This document shows, piece after piece, positions 1-12,052 of a stretch of 64,000 bases of DNA. Origin of the DNA: Mayamaea pseudoterrestris (Eukaryota); NCBI GenBank assembly GCA_027923505.1, contig BROI01000001.1, positions 1,612,001-1,676,000 on the forward strand, written 5' to 3'. The first letter of the stretch is position 1. Each line of letters opens with the position of its first letter. A program made the position numbers and the translations under genes. Below the pieces are notes generated by a model, which was not told where the DNA came from, did not search any database, and saw only the letters and a program-made list of their open reading frames with translations.

Positions 1-673
1 CCAGCTTGGCTGCATGCAAAAGCTTTCCTGATACTCCATCGCATATCAATAGCTTGTCTGCGGTCCTGATTTTGCCCAATCCGATCTGATAACTTCGATC
101 CATTTGCCAGTAGGCAGCTGCGTCTTGCAATATCCGAAGATAGGAAGGACTGGGTGGTATATGATCGACACGTCGCGTCCGTCGTTGACTTTTTGGATTC
201 GCGACAAGAGTGTAGCACGACAATAAAGAGTCTGCTGCATTTGCAGTTGCCGCTTTCAATGTCTCTTCACCAGCCCGATGATTGTCACCAACGTACGGCA
301 CCACTAAACATTGTTGCCATTGGTACGACAGCGGCACTCCTTCCGTGCGACCCACGCGAGCAAAGTCTGCGTCAGTCAGTTCGTAAATGACTCCGTGAAC
401 GACGCTTCCAGTTTGCTTCCTCACCGACGCTGCCGATGGTTCGACCAATGGGATTCCTGGAATATCAAAGACCAATTCGTAGTCTGCAAGCACTCCAGCT
501 TGCGCCGAAATTGGTCGCAGGTTGCGAAGCGATTCCATGGTGGCGACATTCATGTTGCTTCCAAACGCAAAGTAATGGTAGCTAGAAGGAGCGACGGGCG
601 AGCTGCCAGCCGAAAAGCTCCATGTCTTTTGAAGCAGTAGGCTGATAATTGATATAGTATGCAGGAGCTTCAT
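1..673 (-). CDS. Gamma-glutamylcyclotransferase (GGCT/AIG2-like) family protein; 3' end runs off the window
   Basis: Hand translation from ATG 673 is open to the window edge, so it is absent from the ORF track: MKLLHTISIISLLLQKTWSFS...YFAFGSNM...LVFDIPG...EPSAASV...VHGVIYEL...TEG...PSPSYLRIL. YFAFGSNM and VHGVxYxL are GGCT-fold motifs. The N-terminus resembles a signal peptide. Confidence 0.8.
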   Translation of the reverse strand, partial: MKLLHTISIISLLLQKTWSFSAGSSPVAPSSYHYFAFGSNMNVATMESLRNLRPISAQAGVLADYELVFDIPGIPLVEPSAASVRKQTGSVVHGVIYELTDADFARVGRTEGVPLSYQWQQCLVVPYVGDNHRAGEETLKAATANAADSLLSCYTLVANPKSQRRTRRVDHIPPSPSYLRILQDAAAYWQMDRSYQIGLGKIRTADKLLICDGVSGKLLHAAKL

Positions 674-1023
674 GGTCAAGGATGCTATTCTGCAAGTGAA
701 TGATGGATGATGGCGGAGTTGCGACGAAAATGTGAGCGCGGCTGACTCATGTCCGTGTCGCACCAGTTTCAGGATCGACGCAAGACGCGCTAGCTAACGT
801 CGCCTCGCCCACTAGCTATTTTCTTAACAAACGCACCCACAACGAATTTAATTAACATGCAAATTAACTTTTGTAGAGGTTGTAGAACTCGAGTTGTGTT
901 TCATGAGTCATCGCAAGCCTCCAGAAAGACCCCATTAACATCAGACATCGAACGCACATCATGCTATGTTGGGCGACCCAACAAATTACAGAAAAATGTA
1001 ATAAAAGATCTCCTCGTTTCCAT

Positions 1024-1729
1024 TCACGGTCCCTCATGAGCCTGATAATCCGATGACGGCGACACGGACCGCTTTTGCGCGCTCCGGCCAAACCCCTTGG
1101 CGTCAATTGGTGCCACAATAATGGTCCTCTTAAAGTGATATAGCATGAGACTAAAGACACTCAACACTCCAAAGAGCGTCAAGGCAACATTGGCAAACAT
1201 GCGGTTCGTGCGTTGCTTGCCGTAGCCATATGCATGAAAGGTTCCAAAGACAATCAAGTCTTGATTCAAAATCACCATGATGGTTCCGAGGAAAAATCCA
1301 ATGGAAAAGGCCGTTGGAAATCGCTTTAACACAAAGGTTCCCACGACGCCAAGCAGTAAATGCATGATGCCAGTCCAGACTGACCCGACGACGAGAGCCA
1401 TTGACCCTCCATTGGATTGCACATTGATCACTGAAAAAGAATACGTGAGTGCACGCAGTGTGGGTGAGAGCATGAGAGCATAGCCGACTGCAGTACTGCA
1501 TCAGCATGCGTTAAAAGTCAAAGCAGCCATAACGATTATTCCCTTTTATGTACGTACTTTCAATGACACTCACGACAAAGTAGAGGAGAATGAAAATGAG
1601 GCAAACGCCCCACGCCCGATGGACGGAACCTCGGGGATCCTCCTGACACGATCCAAAGGCCTTGTGGAGCCACGTGTGAGGCCATCCTTCCGCGTCGTCG
1701 TTCGTAACGGCAGTATTATCCCGCGCCAT
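1024..1729 (-). CDS. Multi-pass membrane protein of unknown function, 2 exons
   Basis: Exons 1729-1558 and 1430-1024. GT-AG intron 1557-1431 joins in frame (VVSVIE-M-INVQSNGG). About four hydrophobic segments. Confidence 0.7.
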
Positions 1730-2116
1730 GATTGGAGTATTGTATGCTTTGGTTGATGCAGTGGCAGTGCTGTTGATTGTCGCTGTGTTGAGATGCAAGA
1801 GTTGATTGTCAACGCCGACGATGGAGACGACCTCGGAGGCAGAACGGCGGGGCCGGCTCGCCGCCGGAAGGATCGTTCAACGGAAACCGCGAAGTTGAGT
1901 AACGCCAAGTGAGTCAGGCTGACGTCACCAGAGAAGGTTAGACGTCGCACGCACCTTTTCCTTGCCACCACGACCGCGTTGCATCGATCGTTCGACTCTC
2001 GCCACTTGAGCGGCCTTTTCTTTGTCCCTTGCTTAGATTGCAGCGACACCAAATATACAGGATTACGTGTCTTCTTTCATCTGTATAATAAAAATTATAA
2101 TAGTCGACTGTCGATC

Positions 2117-2563
2117 ATGTACGCCGCCGCTCGCCAACCAATTCGATCGGCAATGAGCCGCCTATCAATTGTTGGCAGCAGCCAACGTCTAGCGCCTCTA
2201 CCAAGAGCAACAACTCTGTCATTGCGCCGCAACATGGCCGACATGCCAGTCCCCCAAAGCTCCAAGGCAGTTTTGTTTGACGGCCACGCTCGCTCCGAAG
2301 GATGGGAATCAACCATGGCCGTTTGGTACGGCACCAGCTTGCTCTTGTTGATCGCCACACTCGGCCTGACACCCAACACGGAGATTGAAACCTGGGCCAA
2401 GCAGGAAGCGACGGCGCGACTGGCCATGGCGGATAATTCTGCCGCGTTCGGAACGCACCACATAGCCAAGAATCCAACGCAGGTGGCGCAGAAATGGGAA
2501 AAGTTTGCCAGCAAGGCGACCAAGTGGGATGATGATGATGACGACGATGAAGATGACGAGTAA
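2117..2563 (+). CDS. NADH:ubiquinone oxidoreductase ESSS subunit (NDUFB11-like), mitochondrial
   Basis: Arg/Ser-rich mitochondrial presequence, then EGWE, one TM helix and P-x-T-x-I-x-x-WAxxEAxxRL, followed by an acidic tail. Confidence 0.75.
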   Translation: MYAAARQPIRSAMSRLSIVGSSQRLAPLPRATTLSLRRNMADMPVPQSSKAVLFDGHARSEGWESTMAVWYGTSLLLLIATLGLTPNTEIETWAKQEATARLAMADNSAAFGTHHIAKNPTQVAQKWEKFASKATKWDDDDDDDEDDE

Positions 2564-3179
2564 ATTATTGCGTTACAGATAATCAATGTAATGCATACTA
2601 ATGTGCGGCAAGCCTAACCAGATGACTGATTAAATCTGATGTTGAAGCAATGATGTAGGATCGTCATCGTCGCTACTTGCAGCACCAACTTTAGTACGCT
2701 CGGAATCCCTTTGGCGGGGCACACTGTAGCTTTCTTTTCTCGTCAAGATCTGTTATAACGCGTATAAAAAGCATATGAGACTTTCATAGCAGGATAGAAC
2801 GGTTGACGCGAGTTGCGGAGTAGCGGAGTTAATGCGATCTCATCCAGTATCATGCATATCTATGGTTAGATTGTACTACTGGTGTCCTTTAGCCTCTCAA
2901 AGATCGTGGTAGCAGCATACTTGTTGTCTTTGCATCATTAAAATTGGCTCTCTCACTCGCAAAATGATGCTTTTTTATAAGTAACGAGACGATAGCTAGC
3001 TTAGAAACGGTGCGACTTTGCGCATGCGTCGACCAAAGGTCGACCATGGATGACCTGCCGTCGTTTGCATTGCAACTTGGACCAATCATTACCGAAATTC
3101 TTCCACAGCAAGACCTGATGAATACAGTTTTATTCAATGCATGAGTCGGTTGATTTATATTCTATCACTGCAGTACCTG

Positions 3180-4801
3180 ATGCGACCTCGGAAAAATCCA
3201 TTGCTTTTGGCGAGCCTCGTCATCGCCTCGTTATTGGCATTGCAATGTATCTCCGTAATGATGCGTCATGATTTAAATACATTCACAAGCCAGACGGAAT
3301 CGCAATCCATTATCAAACTTATTCTTAGTGGAAGGATACGGAGTAATACTGCATCAGACTCGCTTGCAATCCTACTCTTGCCTTCATCTCCGTTGCTACA
3401 TCAGCCATCATCATCTTCCTTTCATTTCCCGAGCAAAGTCAAACTAAAATCCACCAAACCACACTACAATGACATCAAAGTTAAGCATCTCGACGCTTCC
3501 AACTTTCATCGTCGCATTCATTCGCACGACGAGACACACTACAACAAGCAACGAGCAACGCAGCTTCACCACATGCGCCACGGCGAGCGTAGCGTCTACT
3601 ACCACGACTCCGAGCAGGATCGTCCACGCGACTGCGAGCGCACCAACTGGAGGTCGTCCGTGTACATGAACTGCAACGACTTTCACGAAATCAACGTGCC
3701 GCATGATGACGCCTACGACAAGCGGTTTCTGGGGTGAGTAACGGAGAGTTGACTCGAGACTTGGCAGCGAACAGGCAATGTATAAAGACACTCATCCATT
3801 GTCGTTTCCACACGCAGAGGCGGCTACTATCGATATGCTTGGCTATTGAAACCGCGTTATGCATCAATACCAATGGATTCGTTTGTCTTGAAGATGCTCC
3901 AGCTCCCATCCGATGACGACGACAAGGACCACATTCCCTCATCAAGTTCCTTCTTCAAGATTCACCACGAGGCCATCATCATGGAGCGACTCTCCGCGAG
4001 TCCCACCATTGTCGACATTTACGGACACTGCGCCACCAGCATTGCGGCGCAAATCATGCCGGAGGAAGTCACCACCACGATTGTGCCACTGCCTGGTTAC
4101 ATGTCACAGAAACAACTTGACGAACAACCAACACTTTGTCAAAACAAGTTGACATTGGATGAAAAATTGGAGATTGCACTGACCATGGCGGAAAGCATGG
4201 CGGAAATGCATGGGTTTGTCGGAGGAGTCATGGTGCATGGTGACATTCATCCAGGTGCGAGCTGGTGCTGTCGGATAAATTGAGTGGTTTTATTTGGCGT
4301 TTGTACTCACCCACCATTGTATCATTTCTCCGTCGTGCAGACCAATACTTGAGAGACGCCAACGGTCAAGTTCGACTCAACGACTTTAACAATGCCGAAA
4401 TTTTAGATTGGAACGTGACTAACAATCAGCGCTACTGCAAGACGGACCGAGGAGCTTGGGGCGGCATGTATCGCGCGCCGGAAGAGTTTCGAGGCGACTA
4501 CATTGACGAGCAGATTGATGTGTATGCACTTGGCAATAATTTGTACACGTTGCTGACTGGACTGTGGCCGTTTTATGAACACGAGTCGTACAGTGTTGTT
4601 CAAAGGAAGCTTCATGCCAAGGAACGTCCATTCATTGACGACCGCTATCGACATGGTCATGTCATTGAGCAACGATTCGTACATTTGATGGAAAGGTGCT
4701 GGGAGCATACGCCAGAGAATCGACCATCGGTCTTTCAGGTTCTTGACGCCTTGCGTCGGCTGAAGGAAACGTACACGCGAACGAAGTCGGAGGCAACATG
4801 A
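3180..4801 (+). CDS. Type II membrane-anchored protein kinase, 3 exons
   Basis: Introns 3734-3817 and 4255-4340 (GT-AG) give FLGGGYYRYAW, FVLK, HEAIIMERL, HGDIHPDQYL, LNDFNNAE, YRAPEE, DVYALG, CW...RP. There is an N-terminal hydrophobic anchor. The start is uncertain (3141 or 3180). Confidence 0.85.
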
Positions 4802-5032
4802 GCTCGGGAATGTCATCGCTCGAGCCAAGTTTCGTTTGCTACCGGAATTTTCTACGATTAGCTTGCTTACACCGTGGTCATGGGAAGCTGATAGAACGCC
4901 CGTCGAATCGGATGAATCCAGGTTAACGCTCTTAAATCAGCAACGTAATCTACCACCAACGACGAATTACCTGTCGTTAATTGTAATTTTTCTTCATTAC
5001 ATATGCAAAATACAATTTACCATTTATTCTGC

Positions 5033-6571
5033 TCAATGAATCGGATCCTCCGTGAGCTCGCTGTGCGCTTCCCAAGATTGTGCATCACCAACCACCGATG
5101 ACATTCCTGCAAACTGATCAGCCTCCATTTCACCAACTTCCCCATATTCTGCCATGTCAGGATCCATTGGCATAGGCGCTGCATTCGAAAGGTTCGTTGC
5201 TTGGGAATCAGCAGTTGTAGTAGCACGGCGATTACCCGTCGCATACACATGACACCTCGTCAGTGCCTCATACAATGGTTGCGCCGCCGGCGGACACGGC
5301 ACAACGCCCTTTAGAATCTCCATACCAGTCACGCTACGGCCATAAAACTTTTCATTCACCTTTGGCCGCGTCATGATCACCCTACCATCCAGCGATACGC
5401 CAGCGTAGAATCCCTTGGACATGGAATACGAATAAATCGGCGCCACCGCTCCGGGCGCCGCTCCAAAGTCCGCCTCGGCCGTTCGTCCCAGCGGCCCCAG
5501 CGCAACGCCCACATCCGCTCCCAGTTGCACGGATCCCTGCTGAAACATGAGTTCCACCGCCTTGTCACTCATCAGCAGAAACACGTGATCACTCACTTGC
5601 GCACCCACCAGTGCGCCCCAACTCAGTCCCGCCGTGCCAATGGCGCTCGGCGCGCTCCACATTTGTTCGCCCAACCGCGCCACGACGAGGCCCGTGCCAA
5701 ACTCCGCGCCGCCCAAACCAAAGCCAGCCTTGACCACCGTCATGACGGCCACACCCTTGGCTTGCTCCAGCAAGCGGGCTGGTATGCGCACGCCGTCCAA
5801 ATTGGAGAGTGTTGGAGACAATTGGCGGCACGAGTCTTGGCAGTGCTGCAAGTCTTGTTTCGCCATTTCCTCGAGTGACGAATGATTAATATTATTACTA
5901 GCATTCACATTCGACAACACCCCCATACGTTTCGGCAGCGGCAATAAGTTATTCAACGTGTAGCTCGCCTTGCGAATCTCATGACCCAGCGTAAAGGCCA
6001 ACGGACTGTTGAAGAGTCGCTTGGCGTCCGTGGGATCAATGGCGTTGAAGCGCATTGCGTTGCTATTCGAGTTGCGCAGCGATTCCTGCAGTGGCGCGAG
6101 TTGATTGCAGCAGTTAGAACAGACGCGCAGCGGCTCCCGCGCCAAGTGAAACCGCTCCTCCAGTCCCTTGCCGTACAGCAGCTCTTGCTGCGGCGACAAA
6201 AAGGTCAACATGCGATCCGGGTCAGCGTCGGGCGCCAGGGAAGCCGACTGGAGCAATTCGTCGCGAACACTCACGTGGCGGCCGCCCTTTGGTGACAGCA
6301 CAATGCTGGACGGGGGAATGAGGCAACGCTGGTGACTGCACTGGTTGCAAAAGACGTTGCCGCAGTGGCGGCAGTGGTGCTTGCGTTCGAATGGTGTAAA
6401 ATCAATGGAGCAGTGAAAACAGGTTGGTTGCTGATCGTTGTACTGCCAGGGGCGACTCAGTGTGGCGACGCTGGTGATTGGAATTGTAGTTTGTGATTCT
6501 GCTGTTTTCGTATTGTCATCGTTGTCATTATCGTCCTCGTCCAAGGGAATATTCAGGGCAGAAATAGACAT
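5033..6571 (-). CDS. FYVE zinc finger plus Ysc84/SYLF domain protein
   Basis: WxxD, CxxC, RKHHCRHCGNVFCNQCS and RVCSNC (FYVE), then IPARLLEQAKGVAV, GTGLVVARL, WSAPSAIG, GALVGAQVSD, YSYSMSKGFYAGVSLDG, VNEKFYG (SYLF). Confidence 0.9.
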   Translation of the reverse strand: MSISALNIPLDEDDNDNDDNTKTAESQTTIPITSVATLSRPWQYNDQQPTCFHCSIDFTPFERKHHCRHCGNVFCNQCSHQRCLIPPSSIVLSPKGGRHVSVRDELLQSASLAPDADPDRMLTFLSPQQELLYGKGLEERFHLAREPLRVCSNCCNQLAPLQESLRNSNSNAMRFNAIDPTDAKRLFNSPLAFTLGHEIRKASYTLNNLLPLPKRMGVLSNVNASNNINHSSLEEMAKQDLQHCQDSCRQLSPTLSNLDGVRIPARLLEQAKGVAVMTVVKAGFGLGGAEFGTGLVVARLGEQMWSAPSAIGTAGLSWGALVGAQVSDHVFLLMSDKAVELMFQQGSVQLGADVGVALGPLGRTAEADFGAAPGAVAPIYSYSMSKGFYAGVSLDGRVIMTRPKVNEKFYGRSVTGMEILKGVVPCPPAAQPLYEALTRCHVYATGNRRATTTADSQATNLSNAAPMPMDPDMAEYGEVGEMEADQFAGMSSVVGDAQSWEAHSELTEDPIH

Positions 6572-7051
6572 TGTATATACTGCAGATACAGTAATGATAG
6601 AAAGAAGGATTGTCGAGCTTTGATGATGGCGGCAGGCATCTGTTGCTGCGAATCGGTCGACATCGATCAGAAGGGATGAGGTTACGTCGGAGCGGCATTC
6701 GATCACGCCCAACGCGAGATCTTGAATTCACTGACACGATCAAAACCAGACTGACGACTTCAGAGTGATACGACAAGGCAATACAAAAAACTTCAAGGAT
6801 ACGAACCTTTCAAGATTCGTGGCAGTGTGGGAAAGCGATGCAGCGATGGCGGCGACGAGCGCTTGGCGGTGCCTCGTTGGAGCAGCAGGCGGGACTATGT
6901 ACGCGTAGAATGAGCTTGAAAGTAGGCAAAGTGTGTTTTCTATTACATGTTTGTACTGAGGTGCGTTGCTGTAGTGTGCGAATGGTCGGAGCAAAAAGTC
7001 AAAAAGTCTGTCAAAATCCAACGTGGATAAGCTTTCATCTTCATTTCCAGT

Positions 7052-7417
7052 TTATTGCGGGCTCGGTCCACCCACTGAAGGATCCTTGGATGAATGTCGA
7101 GGTGTCCAAGAGATTGCCTCGTCTCCATCATTGCCATAGTCGTCCATGAATTCCGCTGCATCCGTCAGTATCGATGCCAAGTCAAGCATGGAGGCGGGAT
7201 TTCGTCGCAACTGTGGTTGCGAAGCAGAGTTTTGTAACAACATTTGCTGCTGATCGCGCACAAAGGATGACCCGCGTATCAAGTGCGCCACCAAGCTGTC
7301 GGGTGATGATGACGACGCGAGGGATGTGGTCGATTCGGGGCGACTCATGCTGGACGAGTCGGATGTGTGGCGGCGGCGTAGCATTGCCATGTCGGGTAAG
7401 CTGGAAGACTTGTTCAT
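7052..7417 (-). CDS. Hypothetical Ser-rich small protein
   Basis: Open frame of about 121 aa with low-complexity sequence and an amphipathic acidic helix (LASILTDAAEFMDD). No recognisable domain. Confidence 0.4.
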   Translation of the reverse strand: MNKSSSLPDMAMLRRRHTSDSSSMSRPESTTSLASSSSPDSLVAHLIRGSSFVRDQQQMLLQNSASQPQLRRNPASMLDLASILTDAAEFMDDYGNDGDEAISWTPRHSSKDPSVGGPSPQ

Positions 7418-7884
7418 GATGGTTTTGTATGAACTTGGGTTGATGATAGATGAAGTCGAAAGTGTTGTGGTTGCGTGTTGTGGTGCGGATGCAGATTGTG
7501 GATTGTGGGCTGAGTCAGACGATACGCCCAAGGCGTAATCCTCAATACAACCGTCGCGGTCTTGTCAGGCTTATTATAAATGACGCATTTCCACCGAAGC
7601 TCTGCGAATCAACCGGGAACTTTGTGCTGAAGTGCCGGGTTCGGTCATGGAACTTTTTGTCCTATTGTAGGTCGGTGAACGTTCGGGTCATCGCGTTTGC
7701 GTGCACCATAGCACCGTTGCTCGCGAATTGCATACCGGTACAATGATGTCTTTACAACTGATACTTGCCCATTGCTGCTTCATGCTATACAATCTATATA
7801 ACATGAGTTGGACTTTTTGCGGCAGACATTGGTTTGGTGCGTACTTAACCATGGTTCGCACTCACAGACTCGGCAGCATTAGGC

Positions 7885-7896
7885 TTCCGCGTGGAA
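7885..7896. promoter_or_regulatory. Candidate HSP20 promoter element TTCCGCGTGGAA (copy 1)
   Basis: Near-palindromic 12-mer about 140 nt upstream of the HSP20 ATG at 8034. An identical 12-mer lies at 14211-14222. Confidence 0.45.
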
Positions 7897-8033
7897 TTTC
7901 ATTTCCATCGAACTCTGATGTACGGAACGCATGCTTCTCAAAATGCATTTCCTTGCTCTCATAAAGTGAGAAGTCTCGCCGCGTACAAGCCTTTATTATC
8001 GCATCAATTGAAATAAACGAACAAACAAGCACC

Positions 8034-8616
8034 ATGGCCCTCTCACCATTCTTCCGCTATGATCCCTTCACTCCTCGAGGATTCAATGACTTTTCCAGCA
8101 TCACGCCCTACTTTCGCGACATGATGAGCGATTCTCGTCTCGGTTTTGACATCAAGGAGGACGAAGGCAAGTATCACATTTCCGTCGACCTCCCGGGCGT
8201 CAAACCGAGCGACATGAAAGTGGAAGTCGAAAACGACAACAAGGTTTTGCACATTTACGGAGGCCGCAAAGTTACCAAAGGCGACAGCGTCACGGAGACT
8301 CGGTAAGTGGAATGATGGCCAGATTATATCAGGAATGCGGCAACTCGGTCGTTGCCTCCATGATTCAACGAATGCCTTGTCACTCAACCGTCCCCTTCCA
8401 TTCAATCATTCATTCAGTTTCGACAAGAGATTCACCATTGGAGAAAACATTGACATTGAAAAGATGAGCGCGAACCTGCACGACGGGGTGCTCGAGTTGG
8501 AGGCACCCAAGCGGGAGGAGACGCGTCCCAAGACGCGCACGATTGAAGTGTCGGAGGGTCGCCAGATGTTGGAGAACCAGCCAGCGGAAGAGCAGCAGCA
8601 GCAGCAAGAAGAGTAA
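8034..8616 (+). CDS. Small heat shock protein (HSP20/alpha-crystallin domain), paralogue 1, 2 exons
   Basis: Intron 8303-8417 (GTAAG...CAG) joins TETR-FDKRF. Motifs ISVDLPGVK and ANLHDGVLELEAPK, with a C-terminal IEV. Confidence 0.92.
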
Positions 8617-8995
8617 GCGAGTGCGATGGAGTGCACAAGCAGAAATCTCAGGAGGAGCAGCGGGATTTTGCGAGTTGATGAAGTGCATGTTTGAGCTCGG
8701 CGCGGGCGGCATTGTCAGACAGGATGCGAGCTAAGGTAGTTTCGGCGATAAAGCCTGCGTATACATATAAAGCAAAGCCCTTTTAGCTTATATTCATATC
8801 AAAACTAGACTGTCAGCGAGTAGATGGACTGGTATGGCGGGAGCTATCAAGACAGTTCGCAACGCGACGATGCTTGCGCACAATGCGAAACGGAATGTGA
8901 GTGCCGCTACGATGCACGTCTTGCGAAGAATTCCTTCACTCGACGACACCATGATGGACACAATAAACAATTAACAAAGCCGCCGTTCATTAAAC

Positions 8996-10092
8996 ATGCT
9001 GCGTCGCTCCAAATACAAGCGACAATCCTTCTTTCCCCTCCTGGACCTGCCGGAGGAGCTATTGGTTAAGTCTTGCTCATTCTTGTCGGCGCATGACGCC
9101 GTCTCGCTTTCACGAACCTGCCGCAATGTACGTTTCAATTATCTGCTTGTATTTGTTCCGAATGTCAGGCGTCTTTTTCTAATTATCATGCATCATCTTT
9201 TGCTGTATTACAGCTTCACTCGCAGTTTCATCTCGCTCTACTTTCTCCCATTCCTGTATTTGAGCGTCTCGGATGGATGGGTCATCCGACAAGCGGCGAG
9301 CAGCGCCAAAAGTCGATTCGTCTCGGTACGGAAATGCTGGAGCGTCACGTGCAGGCCGTTCGCTTCGAGTTCATTTGGCGCGATCAAGGCTGGGGCCATC
9401 AAAAAGGCCAAGTATGGATCATTGCCAAGTCGATCAAGGATGACAAGACGCACAAGGATGAATCAAACTTTAATGGCGGTCGGATTGTATACGAGTCTGG
9501 AGTGGCGCCGCACGCGAACGCAACCGAAGTAGTTTGGTTTACTCCAATACCAGGCGAGGAGTATCATCTGTGGTACAAGGTTGGATCTGGAGGTGGGCAT
9601 TCGCTGCATTTGGAGAATGGCAAGCTGCAAGTCTTTGTTCGCGATGATGCAAATTGGAACATTCGAACGAATTACTCTGGGCTGCTCCAGGCTGATTTAA
9701 TTCCAATCGTCAAGGATATTCCGACGCTTTATCCTCGGATGCTCATGACGCTTATTGAGAGTCTGATTCGGCAGCAAGAGCAAGGTGAAAATGTTGATGC
9801 ACAAGTTGTTGATTTGCTGCGGCAGTACCACTTGTCAACGTCTACACCAGGCTTGCGCGTCATTTTGGACATTATGCGTGACGCTCAAGTCTGCGCACGA
9901 AAGAATTCGGAGTCTTTGCCGTTGCCAGCCCCCGTGCGAGCACCGGCGCACGTGTTCGCCATGGGTCAGCCACCAGACGCTCCGCCGCATCATCGACATA
10001 TTCGCTTGGGCCGCATGATTCGTTTGGATCGTCAGCCGCCGCTCCATGCTGGAGGAGGAAATCCACCTGGAGGCCAAAATGAGGAAGGTTAG
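8996..10092 (+). CDS. F-box domain protein, 2 exons
   Basis: N-terminal LLDLPEELLVKSCSFLSAHDAVSLSRTCR (F-box). Intron 9128-9213 joins in frame with the 9277..10092 ORF, which contains WRDQGWG. Confidence 0.8.
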
Positions 10093-10603
10093 TGAGAAGA
10101 AGGTGGACTTTTTGTAGCATTGCGGCTGCCAAACATTGTAATTGTTTCGGGCAAATAATAGATAATAATCTGCGTGTTTTACATTATAGATGTGGATGCA
10201 TGTATGATACTACTACTAATGCTTAGCGCCATTAGTCAAAAGCTTCGCTATTCGTAAAAAGGACGACATAATTTGACTCGTGAACTGTATGAAACGTGCA
10301 GGAAATTGATGACAGCTCAACGCTGCAGATATGACGAAAACTTGGGCAGGCGGAAGCTGATGAATCCGAGTCTCGGTATACAGGAAGAAAGTGAATTATG
10401 CTTCTATACGACGACGCAAAGTTTTGATGCTGTGGAGTCTGCAAAGCTTCAAAGACATGAAACTAATTTTAAAGCACGCGACACGCGACGACACAAGTTC
10501 TGCACGTCGGCAATCGCAGTTATGGCAGCTACAGCGATAAATCAATGGTTTCAGTCATTAGTAAGCTGCATGCTGCAACAAAAATCGTTTCTTTACGTGC
10601 TTT

Positions 10604-11782
10604 TTACGCATTCACAGCCTCCGGTTTCAACGCCGTCGCTTCGTCCCACAGATTCTGGAACAAGGCCGTCGACAAGTATCGCTCGCCAAAGCTTGGAATG
10701 ATGCAAACCACGCGCTTGCCCTTGTTTTCTGGCCGCAACGCCACTTGACGAGCCGCCAAGACGGCAGCACCCGATGAAATGCCGCAAAAGATGCCCTCCT
10801 CCTTGGCCAGTCGTCGAGCCATGACCATTGCATCCTCTCCTGTAATCTGAATCACTTCATCCAACAAACTGGTATCAGCATTACCAGGAATAAAGCCAGC
10901 ACCAATTCCTTGAATCTTGTGCGGACCAGGCTTGCCTCCCGACAAGACAGCCGACTCGGCCGGTTCGACGGCAACAATCTGCAGCGCCGGATTGAGCGGT
11001 TTCAAGTATTGTCCACACCCCGTCAGCGTACCGCCCGTGCCAATGCCTCCCACCAAAATGTCAATCTTGCCGTCCGTGTCTTGCCAGATTTCTGGTCCAG
11101 TCGTTTCGCGATGAATCTTTGGATTGTCGGGGTTGTTGAACTGCTGCAGCAGCATGCCGTCGGCACCCAGCTTGCCGACAATCTCTTCCGCCTTGGCAAT
11201 GGCTGTCATAGAAAAGCAACACGAGATTAGTGAATTAGAAACTAACTTTCTCGTAATCTCTCTTTCATTCATTCAATTCTATTACTCACCTCCTCCCATT
11301 CCCTTGGCCGCCGGCGTCAAGACCACATCCGCTCCAAACGCCTTTAATAGCACTCGTCGCTCCATACTCATACTCTCCGGCATGGTCAGTTTCAATTTAT
11401 ATCCCTTGGCGGCCGCCACCATGGCCAGTCCAATCCCCGTGTTACCCGACGTTGGCTCCACGAGCACCGTCTTGCCCGGCACAATTTCACCGCGGGCTTC
11501 CGCCTGCTCAATCATGCTGAGCGCAATGCGGTCCTTGACGCTGTTGGCGGGATTGCAGCTTTCCAGTTTGGCCACGACTTCCGCGAAACAACCTTCCGTG
11601 ACGCGGTTCAACTTGACCATTGGCGTGTTTCCAATCAAGTCGAGGATCGAGTCGGCAATCTTGGTGGCGGAATGTGATGAAGCTGCATGGCGGGTGTTTG
11701 CTGGTTGCAGCGGGACAAAGGCCGCAGCAAATGACGCCAGTAGCGACACTAGAAGAGCTTTCTTTACAATTAGAGTCACCAT
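10604..11782 (-). CDS. cysK: Cysteine synthase (O-acetylserine thiol-lyase), plastid-targeted, 2 exons
   Basis: IGNTPMV, SVKDRIA (PLP lysine), [36 protein letters not shown]. Intron 11289-11203. Signal peptide followed by AAAFVP (ASAFAP-type). Confidence 0.95.
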
Positions 11783-12052
11783 GGCGATTCTAATGTAGAT
11801 GATTGTGCAATGGAAACACGGTAAGAGGAAGCGGGCAGCAACGGCACGACTCGGCTGGAGAGTGGCATCGCATCGCTTGGCTGCGCAAGGATCGCGGAGG
11901 ATCTTCGTCAACGTGACGTCAATATGACGTCATATTCAACAGGATATGAGCGTGAAGATAGTCGGTCCGGTACTCGATCACTCATCATCGACGCCATGAT
12001 GCCTCGCGCGTCCGTTTCTACTTCTTCCAATGGCCGATGGTCGACTGAACCC

